In this document: positions 1 to 10,054 of the stretch, one piece after another | How positions within the stretch are numbered: the stretch's first letter is position 1 | Layout: each line of letters starts with the position of its first letter | Assembly: GCA_013265495.1 (NCBI GenBank) | Contig: MU058844.1 | Span: 8,925,490 to 8,946,176, forward strand | From: Vicugna vicugna | Taxonomy: Eukaryota | Direction: 5' to 3' | DNA: 20,687 bases | Notes under the pieces: model-generated | What the model was told of the DNA's origin: nothing | Seen by the model: only the letters and a program-made list of their open reading frames with translations | Database searches by the model: none | Made by a program: the position numbers and the translations under genes

Positions 1-1699
1 AGAATTTCAGACACTATGTTTTTAAATTCATAAACTGGAAATCAGTCACTGCTGCAAATAGAACTTACAGACTTTTCTAAATCACATAGTTATCTTAGAA
101 AATAAACTCTTCTATGATTGAGAAAAATATTGCCTGTTATGTTAACTTAAAATCGTCTTTGAAAAATTATATGAAAGATATTCTACATTCTGCATTTATT
201 TTTCATTCACAAAAACTGGATCACAGATTAAGCTCCAGTCTAAAAACATAGCATATATTTACATATAAAATAAAGGGAAAGAAAGATAATTAAACTCTAA
301 AGGGTAAAATATAATTATTAAGTTAAATAGTGCTTTTTAATATGCCATTTTGTCACAGTGTATTAAATTTAAACTATTAACATTATTAAAATATCAAAAC
401 CTTGTGAAATGTAAGATATCAGGGGTGTCCCAGGTTATCACATTGTCAGGCCATCAGGCCAGCCTTAGGAAGATTAAGGTAAGGTCTAAGTAACTCAGCT
501 TCTGATGGCCAAGCAGATTTTGGATACTGAAAAACAGGTATAAAGCATGAAAAGTTATATTGCTATACCAGCTAAACTGGTATCTAGAGAGCTGTGGATA
601 TGCAGGTCTGTGCAGAACCAGCAGTGTGACAGATCATGTCCTGTCTTGAGCCCATGAGCCAGTGTCATAGAGGTGTTGGCCAACCCTTGGCCTGGAGCCA
701 GGATTTGTCCCAGACTGTAAGCTAGGTCTAAGTCTGCAGGTGGGATTTAGTAGCATAGCTTGGCCAGAAAAGTTAAGTTTAGTGACACAGACCCAAGCAG
801 ACTAATGTGCACAAGGAGGGGAGTTTCCCTTTGTATTGGTTTAAGAAAGTTTCTGATTATTTATAAACTGATATAAACTAGCTATTCACTGTCTTACTAT
901 TTCTGATTCTTTTTAAGGGTTAATATAGACAAAATCTATTAAGGAGTTATGTGGGACAAATTCTAGACTATATGAAACAAATTTCTGAACACATTGGTCA
1001 AATGTCAGAGTGTCCTGTTATTTCAGAGTGCTGTTATCAGTGTTTGAATTCAGTCCACCTCATTGCCTCATCCAGAACTTAGAGCAAGAATGCCACTGGG
1101 GCTATTCAGTTCCTCTCTTGTTTTTCTTTCTGTTTGTTACCTCAGAGTAATAAGATAAATTTGGTTCCTACACATCTTAGCATTTTGATTATTCTAAGTT
1201 TCCTTTATTCAAATGATAATGGTTCTCCTCATTTCTAGAGTGTGGTGAATAAGTGAACACCGATTTAGTCCCTATCCTTGGGCTTGACGTGCACGCTGTC
1301 CTGAACATTCTCCAGCTCTGTTAATTTTTTTCCCCACTGAGGAAACAGAATTGTACATTCCGTATTTTTGTACTTTCTGTTCTCATTTTAATGGTCTTCC
1401 TGATGGTTCTTAGCAAGTTGAGTAAACACTCCACAGAATTTAAAACAAATTCAATTTCCTGAGAGTGCTGTTTAGACCAGGTTATATATTTTTCAAATTG
1501 TGAACAGCATGAAAAAGTCGAAGTCTCCAAAACTGATTTTAATTTGCTTATTCAAAAAAGGTCAATGTTCTACACACTTGCTTCAAAAGATAAGGGGATT
1601 AAAAAATGTGAATCTGAAATGTTATCTAATTTAATCTCTTTCAACCTGACTGTCATATTGCTGTATTACTTGCTTTCATTCTCCAATTTGTTTAGTCAG

Positions 1700-2600
1700 A
1701 ATTCAGTGTTATGTTTGAGTGTACACTGTGTGCTACACATTTAGTTAGGTTTTGGAAATACAGTGGTAAACAATTCAGTTTCTCCTTTCAGAATATAGTG
1801 GAGCAGACAGGTTGGTAAAAAGTAATTACAGTGTAATATAAGCACAGGATGAGATGAAAGTGAGAGAGAAGGTCACATAACCCAACTGGTGAGAACGGAA
1901 AGAGTCTGGAGGATCAAACAAGGCAAATAAAATAAATTAATGTTTAGTTGTAGGATGAGTTGAAGTTTGTCAGCTGAGGAAGGTGAAGCCTGTCATCTTA
2001 AACAAGGAAATAGTGTATGCATAAGTCAAAAAATGAGAAAATAACTCAGAGTGGCTAGAGGATTGAAAGTAGCGGTGAGATAGAGAAAAAAGTTTAAACC
2101 AGAGGAAGAGATAAGAAATTTCATAGAAAAAAAAATTGTGATGTATACTAAAGACTGTGAGGATCCATCAAAGTCTTTAAAAAGGAGAGTCATTTAATCT
2201 GCCCTGTCCCTTAGAAACATTTTCCTGGCTCTATTGACGAGTGATTGAGGTAAAAGTCCAAGCAGGGAAACCAGTGAAAAGGACTCTTGTAGTCATCCAA
2301 AGGAGAGGTGATGAAAATAATGATGGTGACCTTTTTTTTTTTTTTCCCCAGTCCCACTGCATTATAAAACTCATTGAATTAGTATCTCAGCAGAAAGTCA
2401 ACATTGTATTTTGAGTAAAACATTAAATTTTTAGTATGAGCCTATCAAGTGACAGTGAGAATAGAGAGGAATGGACTGATTCATGAGCAATACACAAGAA
2501 TAGGGGGTTGTTTGGAGGAAGGAGAATGAGACTTTTTTAAAAACTCAAGGCTGATTTTTGAACTTTCTAGTTTGGCAACTGAGTAATGAATAATGAATGA
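1700..2600 (-). mobile_element. Ancient L2 LINE, 3' portion (degenerate), interrupted by a ~105-bp insert at 2332-2436
   Basis: Colinear resemblance to antisense L2: ttgagtgtacactgtgtgcta..., ggaaatacagtggtaaacaa, agtagcggtgagatag, gtagtcatccaaaggagaggtgatg, ttctagtttggcaactgagtaa. Recognised by eye; ends approximate. Confidence 0.65.
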
Positions 2601-2937
2601 ATGAAGAAGAAGAATTTTAATAATAATTTTAATAGGTCTTCAGGTGGAACAAATTGAAGCTTTCAATAAATAAGAGAGTAAAAGATGTGAAATGGAACTT
2701 CCATTGCTGATTCAAAATTGTACTTAGAGCCTCAAAGCTTGGTACCATTGATGATAAGCATCATCTCTACCTTCTGAGGAGGAGTGCTAGACATACCACA
2801 GATTTACGAATTAACAATGAGAGTAGTATCAGTCCTGCTGCTATGAATCACCACCTTGAGCCTCTCTCAGTGAAGATCAGAAAGGGCTCATTGGCAGAGT
2901 TTCAGCTGGTAGAGAGTGGTGCAGTAAAAAACCTTAC

Positions 2938-3065
2938 GCTTCTCCTAAGTCAGATGAGGGTGGACCCAAAGCAGTGACTCATAGAAGAAGGCAGTGGTAT
3001 CCCCAGTGTTTGGGTATTTATTCAGCAGGTCTGTCAGTGGGTGATTCCATGGAATATATGTAAGA
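2938..3065 (-). other. Candidate spliced exon (128 nt)
   Basis: Minus strand: acceptor attaatttcttcctcccctag| (branch-like TTAAT plus pyrimidine tract) and donor gaagc|gtaagg. All three frames contain a stop; one frame is open for 40 codons. Confidence 0.3.
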
Positions 3066-4074
3066 CTAGGGGAGGAAGAAATTAATGTGTATCCCTTCGA
3101 GTCTGGGGATGCACATAACAACTGAATCAGATGTTTGCTTCCTATATGCCAGTGTGGGTAGGGGATAGGGAAGAAAGGACTCAACAACTTCATTTTAATC
3201 AATTAATTTATTAATTTTTTAACTTGTCAAAATAGGTACTTAAAATATTGGTGCCATAAATAAGTAACCAAAATAATGAAAGATGGTTTATATGCAGGGA
3301 TTTTATCATGAAAGACATGTAATGCTTAGCACATATGATACCAAAAGATTTCCATGTTAGGTTATTTCCTATTCATTAATGCATTACTGATTAGAACTAT
3401 TTAAGTATCTGTATTTCAACATAAACTACTGAATTAGAGGGCACATTCCAAATATGGCTTCCTACATTCAAAAATTTAAATTATGTTAAACATGAAAGTG
3501 AGCAAAGAGATATAAATTATAGACTAACATCTGAAGGTTGGGTTTAGAGTAACACTGAATATGGAAGCATTTTTGAGATTTCTCAGCATATTGTTTCACT
3601 CGTGATCAATATGATAGGAAATATTTTAGAAATGATTCACCAGTATAGGTGAATTATTTGGGAAGCTGAGAGTAATAACTCCTTGTTAGAAATAGAGTAT
3701 TACTTGTTACTTATTGTCAGTTTTTAATCAATCTATAAGAATAAAGGTACTTGAAAGTTTTTGAGGGAAAATCATTATGTTAATTAAAAATTACATAATA
3801 AGCAAAATAAATTAGGAACTTGCATTATTGCAAAGATACATTATTTTTGTTAATAATGATAATACTACATTGAACTACATATTAATATATACTCAGTTTT
3901 CAGATCATATAAAGTTTAATATGAGTTATTTTAACTATCTTTGCTCCTCAAAATCCCTATTATAATTTTGTCCTAAATAGTAATATAATTTCAACTACAG
4001 ACATTGTACATATTTGTATTTTGTTCTTTTTTCCCACCTTCTTTTCTATTTCTGTTCATTTTTATTATACATGA

Positions 4075-4180
4075 GTTTGCTTGTTTGTATATATATGTGT
4101 ATTTATATATAGCATATATAAGCATATTTAAGGATAAAACATACATGTAATTATTTTATATATATTTACATATACATTTC
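4075..4180. repeat. TA-rich low-complexity tract
   Basis: gtatatatatgtgtatttatatatagcatatata...tatatatatttacatataca. Confidence 0.7.
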
Positions 4181-4399
4181 ATCCTACAAAAAATAAGGCA
4201 GATTTATTTAGTTTCTTCACTAAACAAGAGGCTGGTTTCTAATTAAACTGTTCGTATCCAACATAATAAAGTGGACTATTTTTATTCTTGATCAAAGATG
4301 CTTATAATTTAGGATGTCTATCTGAAAAGACAGATGGATGAATACAGCTTTGTACATATAATTGCTCATTAAAATGTCAAAAATATAAAGTAAGAATAA

Positions 4400-4665
4400 A
4401 GGTTTATTGGTGTACATAGTACTATTCTGGGTACCTTAGCAAAAAATGAAAGACATAAATTCAATGCTATAGATTTTTATACTCTAACTAGCTAGCATTT
4501 GTTTCTTCTAAAATATGATAAGTGCAAAAAATGGGTATATAAATACATAATTACATATGTATTATATGGTAATAACCATAGTAAGTGTGTTTGGAGGGAT
4601 TTGAATTTGTTTGGGGGGAAGACTTGTTTTGAAAGGTGAATGTTGAACCAGGTCTTCAAGATCTA
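4400..4665 (-). mobile_element. L2 3'-end fragment (very degenerate)
   Basis: tttattggtgtacatagtactattctgggtac ... gaagacttgttttgaaaggtgaatgttgaaccaggtcttcaag resembles the antisense L2 3' end. Confidence 0.5.
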
Positions 4666-4724
4666 ACTTGCATTAAATTAAAACCTTTATCCTGGATGGA
4701 AAGAAATCAAGGGTCTTTCCTTAC

Positions 4725-4859
4725 CTTGTATCCAAAAGTATTTCAATTCTGTCAACTTTAGCAACTGGTAAAACTGGCTGCTGCAACTTAAAGTACATCA
4801 GTCGAAATTTAATTGCTGAAGTTACTTAGAATATAAAATTAAATCTAGTTTGAGGATAT
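4725..4859 (-). other. Candidate spliced exon (135 nt) with internal ATG at 4798
   Basis: Minus strand: acceptor cctttactttttaaacag|at and near-consensus donor aag|gtaagg, in apparently unique sequence. Stops in all frames 5' of the ATG; the ATG frame is open to the donor. Confidence 0.35.
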
Positions 4860-6134
4860 CTGTTTAAAAAGTAAAGGTGGGTTATTTCTTTCTAAAATCG
4901 CAGAAACCCTCCATGTGCCTGTGCAACTTAACAGCTAGACACCTATGCAGCCTCAATGAGATTAGGCTGTGGGCCAGTGCTTATTTGGCTATTCCAGAAA
5001 ACAGTCATGACTGCACCCAGTGGGCCCTCAAAGAAGGAGGGTCTGATGGCCCATTCCCACATAGCCTGAGGTAGCAGGACTGGCACAGATCTAAGGCTGC
5101 TGCCGCTGCTTTTCCTGAGATCCCAATGAGGTGATGCTCTACCTCCTTTGGAGAAATGAGGAAGAAACTAGTGTTCTGAAGATTTGCCCCTTTCTGCCAT
5201 TTGTATTCATCAAAGTGTGACTGGGTAAGACACTGCAAACTACTGTGGATTGGGATCCTCCTCTCCTTCCTCTTTGGGCTTCCAGAGAATGCAACATTAG
5301 GGCTTACTTTCCTCTAGCCCTACCTAAGAATGTGAGTTTCTCTGTGAAGGAACACTTATATCTGGAAGGTAAACAATTTACTCTAGCTAATTCTCAGCAA
5401 CTAGATTGTCTTTTTCAAATGCACACTCAGGGAAACATGAATCCTCAAAATGTAAATGCTGAAATTACATGCATATTCTGTTTTTCACTTAGCATTAATT
5501 ATAACCACTACAGGCACTTTAAAAAGGAATCTGATTTTATATTCATAATGAAGTTGAGATTATGCAGAATTCTACTTTCAGTTAGAATCTATGTTGTTTC
5601 AAGAATACCACATAACAAGAATATGCCTTAAAGATTGTATGATATGCTATTAAATTATTTTTCAAAAGATATTTGAAGCTATTGAAGCATATTTATAATG
5701 TAATTAGTGTTATAGGAAAAGTGGAACAGTTACAATATTAAAATTTTAATATTTCACCAAAAGCATTCATCAAGCTTGAAAGCTGCAAAATCATCTTCTG
5801 GCTATATAACAAATTCTCTAGATATTCTTATTCTTATATTTTACAACTAGGAACCATTTATACTTTTATTGGAGTGTGGTAGAAAGCATTTTGGTAATGC
5901 TAGTTATTTTTTCCATTTTTACTTTTCCTCATCATAGATTAAAATGGGTAATCCATATGAGTGACTCTTTTTCTTCTATGGATAACACTTTTTGAAAACA
6001 AATTTAAAACCTCCTTGATATTCCTATACAAAAACACTGAGTTTTGTTTAAATTACATCACCATTCCTTAAAAGGCCAGGAAATTCATTGAAATTTGACA
6101 TTACAACCAAAATCATTATTCTAACTTTTAAATA

Positions 6135-6205
6135 AAGGTATATAAGTAATTGCATGAAATACAAGTTGAAAGATAGTCAATGTGAAATAAAGATTGTCTG
6201 AATGA
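6135..6205 (+). mobile_element. Ancient L1M, start of ORF2 region (left piece)
   Basis: tatataagtaattgcatgaaatacaa...aaagattgtctgaatga joins to 8378 onward once the young L1 is removed, and resembles the ORF2 N-terminal coding region. Confidence 0.5.
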
Positions 6206-6211
6206 TTTTTT
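6189..6211. repeat. Left target-site duplication of the young L1 insertion
   Basis: aaagattgtctgaatgatttttt (6189-6211) vs aaagactgtctgaatgatttttt (8355-8377): one mismatch in 23 nt, including the T run and terminal As that may be shared with the element. Confidence 0.92.
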
Positions 6212-6719
6212 TAACATTTTTTATTGAGTTATAGTCATTTTACAATGTTGTGTCAAATTCCAGTTTACAGCACAATTTTTCAGTTATACATGAACATACA
6301 TATATTCATTGTCACATTTTTTTTTTGCTGTGAGCTACCATAATATCTTGTATATATTTCCCACTTGTTTATCTACATTTTGAAATCCCAGTCTGTCCCT
6401 TTCCACCCCCACCCCCTAGGCAACCACAAGTTTGTGTTCTATGTCTATGAGTCTGTTTCTGTTTTGCATTTATGTTTTGTTTTGTTTTTGTTTTTGTTTT
6501 TGATTTTTTGAATCCACATATTAGCGGTCTCATATGATATTCTTCTTTCTCTTTCTGGCTTACTTCACTTAGAATGACATTCTCCAGGAACATCCATGTT
6601 GCTGCAAATGGCATTATGTTGTCGGTTTTTATGGCTGAATAGTATTCCATTGTATAAATATACCACCTCTTCTTTATCCTGTCATCTGTTGATGGACATT
6701 TAGGCTGTTTCCATGTCTT
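6206..6719 (-). mobile_element. Young L1 3'-end fragment, copy A (ORF2 C-terminus, 3' UTR, short poly-A)
   Basis: Translates as KTWKQPKCPSTDDRIKKRWYIYTMEYYSAIK...ILSEVSQKEK (L1 ORF2 C-terminus). G-rich 3' UTR tract near 6402-6417; AATAAA on the minus strand and a T run at the left end. Confidence 0.95.
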
Positions 6720-6738
6720 TTTTTTTTTAATGTCTGTA

Positions 6739-8357
6739 TTTTTTTTTAACATTTTTTATTGATTTATAATAATTTTACAATGTGTCAAATTCCAGTATAG
6801 AGCACAATTTTTCAGTTATACATGAACTTATATATATTCATTGTCACATTTTTTTCTCTGTGAGCTACCATAAGATCTTGTATATATTTCCCTGTGCTAT
6901 ATAGTATAATCTTGTTTATCTTCTACAATTTTGTAATCCCAGTCTATCCCTTCCCACCCTCCACCCCCCTGGCAACACCAAGTCTGTATTCTATGTCCAT
7001 GAGTCTATTTCTGTCCTGTATTTAAGCTTTGTTCTTTGTTTGCTTGTTTTTGTTTTTGTTTTTTTAGATTCCACATATGAGCAATCTCATATGGTAATTT
7101 TCTTTCTCCTTCTGGCTTACTTCACTTAGAATGACATTCTCCAGGAGCATCCATGTTGCTGCAAATGGCGTTATGTTGTCGGTTTTTATGGCTGAATAGT
7201 ATTCCATTGTATAAATATACCACCTCTTCTTTATCCAGTCTCTGTTGATGGACATTTAGGCTGTTTCCATGTCTTGGCTATTGTAACTAGTGCTGCTATG
7301 AACATTGGGGTGCAGATGTCTTTTTGAAGTAGGGTTCCTTCTGGATATATGCCCAGGAGCAGGATTCCTGGGTCATATGGTAAGTCTATTCCTAGTCTTT
7401 TGAGGAATCTCCATACTGTTTTCCACAGTGGCTGCACCAACTGCATTCCCACCAGCAGTGTAGGAGGGTTCCCTTTTCTCCACAGCCTCTCCAGCATTTA
7501 TCATTTGTGGACTTTTGAATGATGACCATTCTGACTGATGTGAGGTGATACCTCATTGTAGTTTTGATTTGCATTCCTCTGATAATTAGTGATATTGAGC
7601 ATTTTTTCATGTGCCTTTTGATCATTTGTATTTCTTCCTTGGAAAATTGCTTGTTTAGGTCTTCTGCCCATTTTTGGATTGGGTTTGTTTCTTTCTTATT
7701 AAGTTGTATGAACTGCTTATATATTCTGGAGATCAAGCCTTTGTCGGTTTCATTGGCAAAAATTTTTTCCCATTCCGTAGGTTGTCACTTTGTTTTACTT
7801 ATGGTTTCCTTTGCTGTGCAGAAACTTGTAAGTTTCATTAGATCCCATTTGTTTATTCTTGCTTTTATTTCTATTGCTTGAGTAGACTGTTCTAGGAGAA
7901 CATTTTTGAGATGTATGTCAGATAATGTTTTGCCTATATTTTCTTCTAGGAGGTTTGTTGTATCTTGTCTTATGTTTAAGTCTTTGATCCATTTTGAGTT
8001 GATTTTTATGTATGGTATAAGCTTCACTGATTGACATGCTGCTGTCCAGATTTCCCAACACCATTTGCTGAAGAGACTGTCTTTATTCCATTGTATATTC
8101 TTGCCTCCTTTATTGAAGATTAGTTGACCAAAAGTTTGTGGGTTCATTTCTGGGCTCTCTATTCTGTTCCATTGGTCTATATGTCTGTTTTTGTACCAAT
8201 ACCACGCTGTCTTGATGACTATAGCTCTATAGTCTTGTCTGAAGTCTGGGAGAGTTATTCCTCCAGCCTCTTTCTTTTTCTTCAGTAATGTTTGGCAATT
8301 CTAGGTCTTTTGTGGCTCCTTATAAATTTTATTATGATTTGTTCTAGTTCTGTGAAA
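6739..8357 (-). mobile_element. Young 5'-truncated L1, copy B (~1.6 kb; frameshifted ORF2 3' part plus 3' UTR)
   Basis: ORF track fragments 7785-8147, 7392-7736, 7231-7497 and 7064-7255 are consecutive L1 ORF2 pieces ([43 protein letters not shown] cysteine-rich motif, YTMEYYSAIK). ORF2 stop at 7064-7066; poly-T at 6739-6747. Confidence 0.97.
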
Positions 8358-8377
8358 GACTGTCTGAATGATTTTTT
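8355..8377. repeat. Right target-site duplication, followed by an L1 endonuclease consensus site
   Basis: aaagactgtctgaatgatttttt|aaaa matches the 5'-TTTT/AA-3' L1 EN nick consensus. Confidence 0.92.
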
Positions 8378-9635
8378 AAAAACTTTGTGTAGTTTATGAA
8401 AGAAATCTAAAATGTGGAAATAAAGACTGAAACTAAAATGATATGAAAGATATACTGTATAATACTAGTTAAAAAAAATAAAAGCACATGCAGCTACATT
8501 AACATCAGAAAGTGTATTGTTTCAGAAAAAATATTAAATATAAAAAGAGAGATACTGAAATATAAAAAAAAGGAAGAATGAAATTTTACATGCTTGTGTT
8601 CCTAATAGCAAACACTTAAAATATAGGAGATAAAAGTTAACAGAAATAAAAGGAGACTAAAAATACCCGCAGTCATGGTGGAACATTTTAATACTTCTCT
8701 CAATACCTGACTGAACAGGAAGATAAAATCTTTAAAGATAATGATAATTTGAGCAATGTGATAAACAAGCATGTCCTCCATGATATATAATCTTGCATTT
8801 TATTTCTAAAAATTGCCCAAATATGGGTTATACAAGAAGACAATAAATTTCAAAGACCTGAAATCATACAGAATATGTTCTCTTACATCAGAGTTCAGAT
8901 GGAAATTAATACAAAAAATGAAATTAAAAGATGATAAATAGAAAGTACTGAAGTGTTGGGAAAATATGCCTTATACTTCTACTTAATTCATTGGTGAGAG
9001 AGTTCAAAATAAAAAATAAGAAAAAAAAGTCAAATTCAATGATACTGGAATACTACATCTTGAAAGATGTAGGATGTGGTTTAAGCCCCACTTAGAAATG
9101 TATAGCATTAATTTATATTAGAAAAAATGAAAGCTAAAAAAATCAATGATCTAAGCATCATCTCAAGAAGCTAGGAAAATAGAACAAATAAAACCTAGGA
9201 TATAGAAAGAAGGGAAAAATGAAGCTAGCAGCAAAAATTAATAAAATAGAAATATTTAATACAGAGTATAAATAAAGCTAAATGTTTTTTTTAAAAAGTT
9301 AACTGATAAATCTCTGAGGGGTTGGTAAAATTTAAAATAATGAGGATATTCTGAACACAGTTTATGCTGATGAATTTTTAAAAAGTAGATGAAATGAGGA
9401 AGTTCCTAGGAAAACATACCTTTACCAAGATAACACAGAAAATAAAAAGTGCAAAAAATACTTCAGATGAAAGAAATGAAATCTTCAATTAAAGATTTTC
9501 TCACAAAGAAAATTCTAGAACCAGATGGCTTCACCAGTGAATTCTACAATCATTTAAGGAAGGGATTATACCAACTATTAAAAGCTCTAGAAGACAATTA
9601 AAACGAAGAAGCACTTCTCAAGTTGTTTAATGAGA
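8358..9635 (+). mobile_element. Ancient L1M ORF2 relic (endonuclease to pre-RT region)
   Basis: A-rich sense strand with degenerate motifs: gtggaacattttaatacttctctc (GDFNTPLS-like), gaaatcatacagaatatgttctc, ctcaagaagctaggaaa, ccagatggcttcaccagtgaattctac (PDGFT.EFY). Confidence 0.88.
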
Positions 9636-10054
9636 TGCATTAGTTTGCTTTTGCTGTGTAACAAATTACCACAATCTAAGAGACTGAAAGCAACACATTT
9701 ACTGTCTCAGTTTCTGTGGGTCAGGAGTCTGAAAATAGCTTACTTGGGTCCTCTGCTAAGCATTTTAACTGGCTGCAATCAAGGTGTGGGCCAGGTGGCA
9801 TTTTGATCTGGAGCTCAAGGTCCCCTTTCAAGCTCCCGTGATTAGTGGTATGTATGTCTACGTATACATGTATGTGTGTGTGCTTGTGTATGTACACATA
9901 TATACACATACCTATATAATAATGGGAATGAATTATCATTACCTTTGCCATATTCTATTTAGTTGGAAGCAAATCACAAGCCCTACCCATTGTCAAAGGG
10001 AGGAGTTTACGGAAGGGTTGAACATGGAAGCCATCTTTGGGTCTGTTTGCCACA
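9636..10054 (-). mobile_element. MLT1-type (ERVL-MaLR) solo LTR, probably MLT1E/F-like
   Basis: TG...CA ends; tgcattagtttgcttttgctgtgtaacaaattaccacaa and ctcagtttctgtgggtcaggagtc match antisense MLT1. Flanked by tgaga (9631-9635) and tgagg (10055-10059), a 4/5 match to the expected 5-bp TSD. Confidence 0.88.
9848..9918. repeat. Degenerate (TG)/(TA)/(CA) microsatellite inside the LTR
   Basis: gtatgtatgtctacgtatacatgtatgtgtgtgtgcttgtgtatgtacacatatatacacata. Confidence 0.8.

Noticed and set aside
1321..1744. ORFs of 69 aa and 66 aa
   Set aside because: Non-ATG starts, no recognisable homology, lengths expected by chance.
4904..5224. Plus-strand coding exon (321 nt)
   Set aside because: The frame given in the ORF track stops at 5072-5074, no through-reading frame is evident, and no partner exons were found.
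5245..5631. Longest ORF in the track (128 aa)
   Set aside because: GTG start, no recognisable domain, composition typical of AT-rich non-coding DNA.
7064..8147. ORFs of 63-120 aa as host genes, including the plus-strand 7564-7881 ORF
   Set aside because: They are frameshifted L1 ORF2 fragments or their antisense shadow.
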